A stretch of 64,000 nt of DNA from Haliotis cracherodii (Eukaryota): assembly GCF_022045235.1 (NCBI RefSeq), contig NW_027266275.1:30070001-30134000 (forward strand), in the 5' to 3' direction. The notes below the pieces were generated by a model that saw only the letters and a list, made by a program, of their open reading frames with translations, was not told where the DNA came from and ran no database searches. Shown piece after piece: positions 35,646 through 47,941 of this stretch. Position 1 is the stretch's first letter. Each line of letters opens with the position of its first letter. The position numbers were made by a program, and so were the translations under genes.

Positions 35646-38600
35646 CAGTTATATCAGAGCTTCATGTGGGAGGAGATCTCAAAGTGGTGCAGGTCTTTGT
35701 TGTTTTCCACTTAGGAGAAACCCATGAGCATAGGTATAGTGGAATGTAATCACTTCAAAGAATTTTGATGCAATGATGGGATGAATTGCATCTGAAACTA
35801 TTATTTTATCAAAAATAATATATTCCATTATCAAGTTATTTTAGTTGAAACGTTTACTCTGATATAATTAAAATAATAATAACCATAACAATAGCGTATA
35901 GCACTTTGGAACAAGTGATATCTATTGCCGGGTATGTTTTGCTTATGGAACAATTTGATCAGTCACCGTTAAGGCCGCCAATGTTCTTGCTACAGCAAAT
36001 GACTGAAAAACTGCAAATATTGTAATTACAACCGACAAAAGTTATATGTATAATATTAGGCAGTTACCTGGTTCGAGGAATGTATCCACATATAAAGGAC
36101 CAATATTCCATACAGCTGAAGCTGTACAAAGACACTTGTTTGATGTCTTTGTGACAATGTAATATTTTAACATATATATAGCGTTTGGGGATTATCCTGT
36201 CTTCTTCTCACAACTGATTACATTAGTTTGTTTCCGGTGTTTCACAGATGTGTCATATATCTCATTGGTCAGCTGAGATTGCACACAGGACAACTATGTT
36301 CATGATGTTCTTTAAAGAAATCCAATGAGTTAGATAACAATGAGCTGTCAATCGATGTATTCTCGGCTTATCCTTTGAACAAAGTATTATTGTTTTTTCA
36401 TGCGTAGATATGGGTGTATTCCGTCTGTTTTAGTAAACCTTCATATGTAAACATTTACTTTAGACAAATGCACTGTGCAAGATAACAGTGATTGATCAAA
36501 CAACATACGATTGGTTAATCCTTTGAACAATGTTTTTTTTAGCAACTCAACTGACCATTTCTCTCTTGCTGCACTGCCACATGCATATTTAATAACATGT
36601 AATACATGCACCAGATCAGTCCTGGATTTAAAACCCAATCTTAGATTAAATAATTACCCCAGACTAAAAAATACCAAGTGCAAACCACCGACTTCATTTC
36701 TGTCCTTGACACCCTCAGATGCAGGAGCACTTTATTGAGTTATTTTGCATAGTCTTTGTCGGGTAAACTGAGTGGTTCCACCACTAATTATGCCTGTAAT
36801 AAAGTTATTAACTGAGCATCAAGTGAAAGAAGACAAACACACAGGTTAGGGTTTATACCATGAAACATGGATGACAAGAAGGCGCAGTAATTGTTGTATT
36901 ATATACAATTTGCCTGAAAAATAAGGGTCATTGCTGTTTTGAGAATATGAACTTGACTTTATTGTTGCAAAAATAATATGTACACGTTTTTGCTGTATAC
37001 TTAACTATATAATTGTACATACACAATTACACAAGCAGATGGATTTTGCAAGGTTATAGTAAGCATTGTCCAATCAAATGTGAGGATTCATGGGGAATCC
37101 CCCTTGCTGTCATTGAGGTAGTCCAAAACCTAGTTTGTTGAGTTGCTGACACTAATTGGTATCTGTGATTACACAGGCTAATTAAAAAGGCACCAGCTAG
37201 ACAACTGAGAGTTGGGGTGTTGTTTCCCTTTAATAGTAAGTTTATGTGTTGAAATTGTTTAATTTTTTATACGACCACCTGTATTGGACATAAGCCCACA
37301 TTTGTTTTAACCAGCAAAAACAAATAACAGAACTCACACTGCCTTGGTGTGATATGGCTGTAATACTGGTGGAAGCAGCATTCTTTCAAACTCACTCACT
37401 CACCTCTGGTGAATGTTATGTAAGGTAGCAAAAGCATGTGTGTATTGGCAGGCTATTTGTGTGTTGTTTTTTGTATGTTGTTTATTTAATTTTGTTAACA
37501 TGCACTGCATGTTCAACATAGGCACCCCATATGTTTCAAAACTTGATATATATATAGTTTATGGTTGGAAACGCATCAACATAAGTCTACAGTATAGCAT
37601 AATGAATTAGGTGGATATATGGGCATACCTTTTCAAAATTCCTGAATACCTCCATGTCGAATATGTTTAAGTTTCATGGCATGGCTTCCTGGGGGTGTAT
37701 CCTCTGACACACTGATCCAGGGATAGAAGAGGGGATCTGATGAAGGTTAGAGTGCCTCCACCTGAATGAGTGCACAGAGGCAGTTCTAGATGGCCTGTGT
37801 CTATTTTAGTTGTACCAGAAGATAAGCAGAGCCCGAGTCAGCCACCTGTTGAGGTATGACTGGGGAGATTGGGGGTGTTTATACCCTCCACAGTGTGGCA
37901 CATGATAGAGGAGCATTAATGTTGTGGAGAAGAACTTCATCTTGTCTGATCATTACATGTTCAAATGATGTTGTGCCACAACAGTGGTGTGCCGTGTTTC
38001 TGGAGAAACAGATGGTGCATTTGGTGTGATGTTGGCGCATGTGGTGCATTAATATAAGCTTGATTCAGTGAGCAGTACAGAGGCCTTTGAAAATATTGCA
38101 TGAAAGTTTAGCTCTATTCTGCAATAGCAGATTTAGCACCCAAGGCACTTCCGAAATATTAGTTACTTTAATGTTGATATTGTTGATATGTGTGAGTAGG
38201 CTTTTGACATTTAGTGAGACATTTATTGAACTGTCACTCAGACTTAAAAAAAGTCCTTGAAATTTGAGTTTCATCCTTAAAATGGCAAAATGGTTTGAAC
38301 AATACTCAAAAGCAAAAGTTAAGTGTATCACTGTGCCATAGTAATGTTCTATTTTTGTACAATGTTCTTGATTCTTGATTCTAGGCGGAGATTTAATAAC
38401 AAATATTTCACAATAATCAAAGGCAAGTGTAAAACATTGTTTAGTCATAACATCTAACAGAACCAACAAGTCCTATGTACCAGGATGAACAAGCGTCAGT
38501 CGACATTATTTGGTAGTGTTGCCACATACAAAAAGGTATGGTTGTGCAAACAAATGATTTGCATTTTGTGGCTGATCGATATGTACTCACATAATGAGTT

Positions 38601-38687
38601 ATGAGTGTAGCTTACAGCTACTGAACATGATAGATATCATTACTGGTTTGTGTTATATTATTCAAACAAAAATTAGTTTCTGTGTAC

Positions 38688-39201
38688 CATCTTCCTGAGG
38701 CAAGAGAGTTAACTTACTAAAAAGGACCAGTTTCTACCCTTGCCGATCTAGGCTGGAATTTCTCGGCCCAATCGTAGTGCCACCAGTGGCTATTACAAGT
38801 TACGTCCCTTCTGAGTCCCTCCTATTGACCAAATTCCCCCTCTCCAATCCATTGCATTTGCTTGAAACAAAATAGCAGCACCCTGTCAAGACGATCTAAC
38901 CAATAATCAAGACCTATGTTGTAATAAAAGGGTCTTACTTTGCGAAGTGCATCAAATAACGTGAGCACCTTGATTAAGAGATTTGGAAAATATCTGCTGA
39001 TGCCCAGTTGGCGATACACATGCTTTGCAAATCCTGCACAGCAGTTAACGAACCAATTGTCGATTTCATTGTGATTGTGATTGGACTGTGCATAGCCTCA
39101 TTATTTCAGCCAAAATATAACTCCATAATTCCAGCCTAGTTTGGCAAGGGTGGAAACTGGACTTTATAGTCAGTTAATTCCCTAAATGCCTCTTGAAAGT
39201 G
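38688..39201. mobile_element. Longer member of the CATCTTCC-TIR MITE family
   Basis: ~70-bp TIRs matching 16595-16774; flanking ctgtgtac duplicated. Confidence 0.8.
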
Positions 39202-39243
39202 CTGTGTACAAGTTGTAACAATGTTTCGTATTGACCGTATTAG

Positions 39244-39376
39244 TGAGTGAGTGAGTATGGTTTTACGCAATATTTGAGCAATATCACGGCTAAGAACACC
39301 AGAAACGGGCTTCACACATTGTACCCATGTCGGCATGATGAGCGAACGCTTTAACCACTAAGCTACCCGACCGCCC
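39244..39376 (-). mobile_element. SINE family A (internal deletions)
   Basis: TSD ttgaccgtattag at 39231-39243 and 39377-39389. Confidence 0.88.
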
Positions 39377-41749
39377 TTGACCGTATTAGATACTGCAGAC
39401 AAGAGTAGCCTTTTTTCACATTGATATTTGTCTGATGAAAAGTATATAATTGAAAACTGCTAGAAGAAATTTGAAGTTGATGGTTGACATAAACATGCAG
39501 ATGCAATTAATGATACTGCTAGTTTGAGTAATGAATAGCTGTCATGGTGTCTTGCTGACATTGGATGTACAAAGTGTATAAAATTAAACAGTATAAAATT
39601 ACCTGGAGGAATGAAACAGGGAGGACTTGTTGCCAAATGTTTTGTCAGAACTAGGAAGATCTGTGAGAGTTCATGGAAAGCAGCAGTTATACACTGCATC
39701 CAAATGGAATAATAACTGTTCTCTTTGTTAGAAAGTCAGACCACAGAAGTATTGTATAGTTAACATCCTGCACCAAGACTGCAATATCTGCACATATAGT
39801 TATATTCATAATAGTCGAGATGAAAAGAAATAGGCAAATCCAGCTATTAAGGTATTAATAACAACTGTTGGAAAAAAAGGGAAATTAAAAAGAGAGAATT
39901 TTATTACGTATCAAAACATTTTATTGATTTTAGTCTAGCTTGCTTAATGTGTTAACCCATCATTGATTTCTATCCCTGAATGTCTTGTTAAATGTAATAT
40001 GTTTAGACCAGTAATGTTATCTATCGTGTTTCTAAATGTATTTCGTAGGCTTGGTTTGAAAATGGCTGGCTGGCCAATCATTCAGTAAAGAATTTGCTTT
40101 GTGACTTCTGATGTAAACTGGCCATAAGATGAGAGCCATAATTCATTGTTTTTGTCTGAATCAGCAAAGTTCAGAAGTTCAAATTAGACAGCCCAAAAAA
40201 CCTTTTTTAATTTTGGTCAGCAGTATAAATACGGCTGGGCTGGTGATGAGTAACAAGTCAAAACCAGTGCCCCTACTTCCAGGAAGCTGACAGCTGTAAA
40301 ACAGCTGGGGGCCAGTCATGAAGAGAAATGCTGGAGGTCACTGGCTTAATGCAATGGTTCATTTTACACCCCTCAAATATGTCATTTTAACACATGATGG
40401 GTAATCAGCTCATGTAGCCATTCAGATGCAAAAGAGCAAAATAGCGGCAATGATACAGCCACATTATTGTCAATAAGAAGTCCTAGAGTTGGTGTAAGTT
40501 TCTAGCAAGGTCCTTGCCTGAATTTGTAATGTGATATGTCTCTATATGCAAGCCCTTTCCCTGTCCTCCTCAGTGTAAACAGTGAGCATCACACCACACA
40601 GAGAGCTGTCTCTGCCCTCACTAGAAGCATATCACAGGGTAAACATGGTACACTGGGGTGATATACAGTGTATAGTGCATACACACATAGAAATGGGTGG
40701 AGCTACGCCCGCAGAAGTCTTTCTTTCAGAAGGCTGACCTTTTCTTTGACAATAGATCCTTCTTCTTGTTTTTTGTGGGTTACAATGAATGGTTTGTGTT
40801 CAGTGTATCAACTGTTCCTGATGCATTTATACAAAAATAGTGCAACTGCATTGTAGCTCACGTGGATATGTATAAAATGTCAACAAAGCAAAACTACTCA
40901 TAAGGGGGCAAATAAACCAGAATAAGGGATGAATCCGCTGTTATATACAGTATTATAAAAGGTAATAATTGTTTACCAGCATATGTACACATCAAACAAT
41001 AAAATACTCAAAAATGTATTCCTCGAAAGTAAAGTAATGGTAAAGAAACGGATAGGTTGGATGTACCATCTCCACACTTTCCTGGATAAGTGTGACATTA
41101 GCCAATCCTCATTGACTTCAAATCAGTAATCAATACAATTCAGTCTAAAAGTCAATCCTCTATTCCTTATCTGTCTTCAAGATTCATCAACAGATACATC
41201 TAAAGGTATGGGAAATAAACTAAGGACATTAAGATCAGTGAAAAAATTAATAAGATTAGAACCTTATCTCAGCCAGTCAGCTCAGAAAATAGAAAATGGA
41301 ATTAGGAAGACACTCCTGACCTCCAGTGCCTTTAAATCAAAGACTTTGTTTCTAATTGGGCCATTATTTAAGATGAAAACATGATATATTACACTGTACC
41401 AAACATTATAAATCATCAAAGATTTCTTCTCTATAAAGTACAAGTCAAAGATTGTAATAATTTTAGGCAAATTGATAAAAATGATATATTCTTATACATT
41501 TTAGCAAATAATGACATCAATACTATAAAAAATAATATGTCTGTCTGTCTGTACAAATATTACATTTTGATTATTTCTTTTAAAGAAGTAAATATGCTCT
41601 AAGCGATTGTATGCATGTCTACAAAGTTGCCTGTGTTCTGAAATGGAATGTTATTGCAAAAAGTATATCTTATTGTGGCAACAAAACAAGCATTCCTGTG
41701 AGCATTGATATTCAAATATTTTATGCATAAATACTGATGATGTAAACCT

Positions 41750-42200
41750 GACACTAAAATCTAGTGATTTGAACATAATATGATGTTATCATAATGACAA
41801 ACATACATGCCAAAGTTAAGTTTCTTCAGTCTGGCAATTTCACAGAAGTTTACAGATATGTATTTTGAGAGAATACAAGAGCATGATCATAAAAAGGTCA
41901 AGATATGATTTTGGGAAAAGCGTTGCATGTTTTGAGTTCCATAATTAACTAAACAAATACCAAATTTGTGTAATTTTGTACAAAAGTTGAAGAGTAATGG
42001 TTGTCAATATGGTTGCTGTGGTGGCCATATTGAAAATTGGATTAAAACCCTTTGAGCAAATTCAGGTGACATCATTAGTGGGAGCTAGTATGTGAAGTTT
42101 CAGTTTCACTGGTCCAGTGGTTTGTGAGGAGAAGAACGTTTATGATAGACAATGGATGATGCACAACTGACAAACAGGTCACAACATACATAGCTCACTT
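41750..42200 (-). mobile_element. Diverged HINE-like repeat fragment
   Basis: tgtgaagtttcagtttcactggtccagtggtttgtgaggagaag...gacaatggatgatg...atagctcac pattern. Confidence 0.4.
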
Positions 42201-42299
42201 CAATGTAAATCAAGTCAAAACTTACCATAAGTTGAACTCAATACTTGAAGCACACAACTTAGCACAGGTTATCAGACAATCATATCTATTTTTTTAGTT

Positions 42300-42470
42300 C
42301 AGTCAAACCCCATGTGTCAAACTTTGATTTGTCAAATTTACCAGTCTAAAAGTAAAAGCTTGGTCCCTGCATATTCCTTCTCTATTCATCAAATTTGCTT
42401 GAGTCGAACCTTGGAAAATTCGAAGTATTCACATAGGTCCTTTCAACTTGGACACCACGGTGTTTGACTG
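42300..42470. mobile_element. Tigger/pogo-like MITE
   Basis: cagtcaaacccc ... cggtgtttgactg TIRs; internal ggtcc motifs as in 11730-11901. Confidence 0.55.
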
Positions 42471-42536
42471 AATATATATGTTACTTCAATAACATGCTTT
42501 ATGTTTTATGCTTGCTTTCTGTTGACTTATGGCTTG

Positions 42537-42782
42537 AGGGGGCTAAGGCGCTGCGATTCTCTGTGCAGAGTTGCGCCCCTTGGGCACGCCAGAAACCTAT
42601 GATTGTGGGTTTGGATCCGAGTTTGACCCAATGATGTTAATAGGTTTGTCAGCACCATACCCGTTCTCGTGGGTTTCACCGAAGTGGTAAACGTCTGAGA
42701 CCTGCATCACTTCGGGCTGACACGACGCGATATAACTGGAACACTGTTAAAAGCGGAGTTAAACCCAACTCGCTCACTCACT
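42537..42782 (+). mobile_element. SINE family B
   Basis: TSD cttatggcttg at 42526-42536 and 42783-42793. Confidence 0.88.
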
Positions 42783-43336
42783 CTTATGGCTTGGTCAGAT
42801 GGTAGGTAATAAGGCCAAGTCATCTGTGTGTCAAACCCTGGATAAGTCAAACTATTACTCTGGTCCCCAGGCATTCAAGACAACTGTACATTCTTTGCTG
42901 AGAGACAAATTTCTCTAATTTCTTCTGTTTTATTTCAGATTTGGAAAAGCTTGCCTTGATGATTGTGCCAACACCTTGTGTATACTTATGTGCCAAAAAT
43001 GAAACTACTCAAGGACCAGAGGAAACTGAACAAATTTATAATTATGACTTTTGTACATATGAATGAATTAATGTTCTAATGATGCCTTTTTACTATTCCT
43101 GATGAAATATATTTTTGATCAATTTGAAAAATAAATGTTTTTGTTTTTTTCAAATTTGTTTGTCTTCTTACTGGTGTGTTTGATAGTCCAATGTCAATAG
43201 AATTAACAGAGTGGATCAGTTTTGGTAGGTTGTTTTTATTTGCCTCTTTTACATATTATATTCATAAATCCATAAGAAATACATGTAAAGTACAGTAAAG
43301 TCCTACCATTCCCCCTACTGTGATGTGGCTATCAGT

Positions 43337-43495
43337 TGCTCACTCACTCAGAATGTGTGGAGAGATATTCTCTACACTCACTCACTCACTCGGACTGTGT
43401 GGAAAGGTATAATCACTTTCAGTCACTTGCACACTCACTCACTCACCTTGACTGTGTGGAGAGGTATTCTCACTCACTCACTCACTCACTCACAT
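43337..43495. repeat. Short tandem repeat of (ACTC)n plus gactgtgtggagaggtattct
   Basis: Three to four degenerate units. Confidence 0.75.
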
Positions 43496-44118
43496 GGAAT
43501 CTGAGGACAGGTATTAGTACGGAGTGAGGAAACTTTAGTTATATATAAAGTGGAATCAGGCAGAAAGCTGCATCTTTGTGCAAGTAAGAGCATGTTTACA
43601 AAGAACCCTAATGTATGTGTGCAAATGTGGTTGTTTCTTCACATCTTGCCTATGAACAGATTTAAGTTACCGAAATAGAGACATAGCCATGAACTCACTT
43701 CTGACGCATGTCTGTATTTTTAAGATAATATTTCACATCTGAACACATGTACATTCTTCAGTATTCAAGCTGTCATTTATTACACCAGATCGTCCGTTTG
43801 CTGAAAAATAATTGTGTAGGTGCTTCTACATTTAAAAGCCTGTACAAGAATAGCCCATACCTTGTTGTTGCACCCTAATCTCTGTGTTTTGTTGGCAGTG
43901 GCAGTTTGTTGAGAGGAGAATTGAGAACCTTGGGAATGGAACTGATACTTTAAAAGATATTTTGGACAATCATCAACAGTTATTAAATCCTTAGTATCTT
44001 TCAGTAGATCAGAAACTGTGATGTGAATATGATCCACATTTAGTCCCAAAATATAAACAGAGATACTAGTAAATGACATTAAAAATATAAAATAGGTCAA
44101 TTCAAAATCTCAAATGTA

Positions 44119-44243
44119 TACTACTCAAAAGAAGTTAAGGATCACCTGATCCTTTCATATTGGTAATGTTTATCTGTCATGGCATGAGATTAACTATTGT
44201 AATATGAAAGAATCAGGTGATCCTTAACTTCTTTTGAGTTGTA
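44119..44243. mobile_element. 125-bp Tc1-type MITE
   Basis: 43-bp near-perfect TIR tac(t/a)actcaaaagaagttaaggatcacctgat(c/t)ctttcatatt, flanked by TA. Confidence 0.8.
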
Positions 44244-44421
44244 TACAATGTATTGAGCAACAGCATTCTTCTTTGTATCCATGAGGAACTATACTCAATA
44301 TAAAAGTATATACGATATTGATATACATATATGAAAGATATTAGCACATAATTGATATGTGAAGCATGAATATGATGTCATTTGTTACCAAACTGCCATC
44401 AACTGCATACAAGAGCTTGAC

Positions 44422-44831
44422 AAATTTGGTGCAGTGCAATGATATGGGGGAGAAACTCCCACACTGATGGAACATGTTAGCATCATCTTGTCACACAAAA
44501 ATCACCGCTTTTAGCAATATTCCAGCAATATCATGGCGGGGGACACCAGAAATGGGCTTCACACATTGTACCCATGTCGGGAATCAAACCCGGGTCTTCG
44601 GCGTGAAATTTGGTGCAGTGCAATGATATGGGGGAGAAACTCCCACACTGATGGAACATGTTAGCATCATCTTGTCACACAAAAATCGCCGCTTTTAGCA
44701 ATATTCCAGCAATATCACGGCGGGGGACACCAGAAATGGGCTTCACACATTGTACCCATGTCGGGAATCGAACCCGGGTCTTCGACGTGACGAGCCAACG
44801 CTTTAACCACTGGGCTACCCAACCGCCCCCC
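44422..44831 (-). mobile_element. SINE family A within a 184-bp tandem duplication (flank + partial SINE)
   Basis: aaatttggtgcagtgc... begins at both 44422 and 44606; the second copy continues into a full SINE head ending ~44831. Confidence 0.88.
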
Positions 44832-46514
44832 AGACTTCATATAGCATGTAACAGTGTCATTCCTACGGAATCACAATGTACATGTCCTTCCATGGCCCAA
44901 CGTCATCCTTAACCACAGACTACAACAGCGTTCACATGCATCACTACATGTGATCCTTAATCTGATTTAGTCTGTGGGCAGGCAGTGCCAAACAGTACTT
45001 AATGTTAATGGTGGACACAAGAGATGTTAATATCTTGTTTCCTTGGCCGTCATTTTCCGTGCAATGTCTTCATATTGCACACATGTCCACTAATGTTGTG
45101 TTTGTGGCAAATATTATGCCATTTCTTAAGTGTTCAGATGTGCAGTAAATGTGTGCTTATTTCCACACCAAACATCTGGTTATTTATTTCATCATTATCT
45201 TTCTTGCTTACTGTGTGTCTTTAAACTGCTCAAAATGGTGTTGTTTAAAAATATCCAAAGCCACAAGAAGACAAGGTCATGCATTTTCTTTTAAATATAG
45301 GATAATATCATTTTTAGAGGAGATTCTAGGTCCCAAGCCACCATGTTTGCTTACTTACAAACTATCATGAAATTTCTGGAATATTGCAACTTTAATACAA
45401 CAAAAGGTGGCCTCATCCTTAAACAAGGATATAATTTGATCTGTACTGAAATCATGTGCAATTTTCCTGATCTGTCTGCCTGTGAATGAATATCAGCCAA
45501 TTTTGTAGACACTCTCAAGTGTTAATGAATTGGCTTACTACAAATACAAGGAACAATAGAAATGCCTTTCACAAGACAAGTTTTAAATATGGAAAAACAT
45601 TTATTTGTTTTTAAAGCATGTCTTTGTTTTGATCTAGAGCAATATTCAAGGTACTTTATTAACAGAGGGACCATGCTGAACAATATGTTTGCCCAATTTC
45701 AATTTCCAGAGATGCCTTGTGTGAAACTATATATATCTGTGTAAGTAGGTAAATCATAAATTGTTACATATATTTACTTTATACAATGATAAGATATGAT
45801 ACAGTGATAAAACTACTTCATTAAGACTGCCAATTAACACAAGCCTAGTCCTCCTCTAAACTAGAGCAGTGACCCCTGACATATGTGTCAAACTCATTTG
45901 GTTAACAATAGGCTGGGTGGGTATACAAAGTCTGTTTCAATTGTGTTATTTATTGTTTTTAATCCTGTCACAGTCTAGTGAAGTTGGATCCCCAAAAATA
46001 CTTTATATCCATAACTGCCTTTGTTGTCAGCTAATCCAGCTCTGTTTGTTGCCATGGCTGCCACAGTTCGGGGGAAAAACTTACTGCTAGCCTGCCTTCA
46101 AGTAATTTGAGATAAGCGCAATCATTTCAAACCTTTTAAGCTTTTTCATCAGCATCTTTAGATTTTCTTTCTAAGAGAAGGAAACTTGAGGGAAGTTGTT
46201 AATATGTATGTCCATTTAGTTCATCCTAAACATAGAGGATTGATATGCAATCATAGACCTTCACGATATGTTATTACTTAGTAGTAAGTAAATACATGGT
46301 AAGGGCTGATAATATATTCTTCCACAGAGGGGATGTAAGAATTTATTTAACGTGAAACTAACGTGATCACATTTCTGTCAGCTCATGCTTTAGCAGTTAT
46401 TTTAGTCTGAAAAGCAAAAATATTTATCAGATTTCATGCGTAGACAAATCATAGCTTCCCAGAATAGCCTCTCATCACACTCTGTGCTCCTGAAAAGTTC
46501 TGAGCCTTACTACA

Positions 46515-46580
46515 AGTGAGTGAGTGAGTGAGTGCACAGCAAATTGCGGCCCCTTAGACGACTGGGCCACCCGTGCCCCC
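46515..46580 (-). mobile_element. Minimal SINE-B (head fused directly to the ACTC tail)
   Basis: TSD agccttactac at 46503-46513 and 46581-46591. Confidence 0.8.
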
Positions 46581-46619
46581 AGCCTTACTACGAAGTATGT
46601 ATAGTGCATGTCAGAAGTA

Positions 46620-47150
46620 GAATACCTTTCATGCTTACAGGCTGCATTTCCACCAAATACACAACCAGGCAGCATTTTTTCTGCAGGCATCAAAGTGACA
46701 AGGTATTCTGTTGATGAAAATGGACAAAACTGGCTACAGCACACTCATCAGGTATATCCAACTCAAGGGTTGACTCCAACACTCATCCATGCATACACGG
46801 TGTCAGCTGTAAGGAGTGATGCTCCTTTCTTTGCCACTGCAAAGAGAGCCTTGAAGATGGTCCAAAATGAGGACCTTCAACTGCCCCCACAAAGGAAAAC
46901 GATTATCGTGGATCATCTCACCACACATCACATAGCCAATACAGTTGAGGGAGAACATTCTGGGGAATGAACTGGGCATGTTTCTGCATGCCTGGGCCCA
47001 AGGCTTCCTATGACATGTCGTCTTCTGCAGTGGAGGACTGTTTATATCACCAATGGGACCCAGGTATTCCAGCTTTGTCAGCAGAAGTGTACAGACCTTG
47101 CTGGGGATGATGTTGAAAATACCTCATCATTATCGTCCACCATAGTTTTT
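46620..47150 (-). pseudogene. Possible decayed Gypsy-type RT/RNase H fragment
   Basis: Minus-strand peptides in changing frames but correct order: FNIIPSKVCTLLLTKLEYLG (RT end), FWTIFKALFAVAKK..LLTADTV (tether), FSSTEYLVTLMPAEK (RNase H-like). Confidence 0.4.
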
Positions 47151-47935
47151 CAGGCACCCTACCACAACAGAAGACTTTTCCTGAATACTATGAAATATTT
47201 ACATAATACATTCAAATACAGTTGTTTCTTCAAGGATTTCAATTATTTTTAAAGATCACAATCAACCGGTGACATGTACAACAAACATACATCATGGCGA
47301 TGTATGACCTGGTTGTGATATTGGATCCAGTACAGACTATCAACTCCTTGTTTGTTTGGTCTTAACTGCCAAACTATGCACAATCCAAACATCAAGCAAT
47401 TATCTTCTGATATCTGATTTTTGTTTCATATGCATCTTTAGCAAACAAATTAGTATGGATGATCAATTTTTCTTACAATAAATATGTATATAAAAATTTA
47501 CAACTGAACTTAAGAGTTTAATCATCCTTTTTATTTTGTTAAAATGCATATATATCTGGACCATAGGTGTTGGTTTTAACCTGTAGCATATGGATATAGA
47601 TGTTTAGCAATATCTATAAGCATGCCAATGTCTCATTGTCTGACCAGGTTCCTTTGTGCTGCTTTCACCAATGTTAGTATTTTCATTGTTGGATCGTGGT
47701 CAGGTGAATATCAAGGACAGGTACAGAACTAGATGCATTATGGTGAGAATCTGCTTTGACCTTACATGATATGAATGTGAAAATTAGCTTTTTTGGTGGA
47801 TAAATATTGTTTTCAATTCTGAATGTATCCATGATCCAAGAATAAAAACACCCCATAAAATGTACTTTCACCTATATTTGGTGGCTCACACATAGCTTAA
47901 AAGAATACAGAAAATTCAGTTCACAGCAAACACAT

Positions 47936-47941
47936 TTTATT
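47936..47941 (-). terminator. Candidate ZCCHC24 polyadenylation signal AATAAA (implies ~2.8-kb 3'UTR)
   Basis: Minus-strand AATAAA followed by a GU/U-rich tract (ttttctgtattctttt); no recognisable repeats between the stop and this site. Confidence 0.5.

Noticed and set aside
37737-37770. ctgatga-aggt...acct-gaat as another hammerhead
   Set aside because: GAAA is not intact, and there is no stem I or family tail; probably chance.
46608-46970. 120-aa plus-strand ORF as a novel gene
   Set aside because: No recognisable domain or splice context; better explained as the antisense of a decayed retroelement pol fragment.
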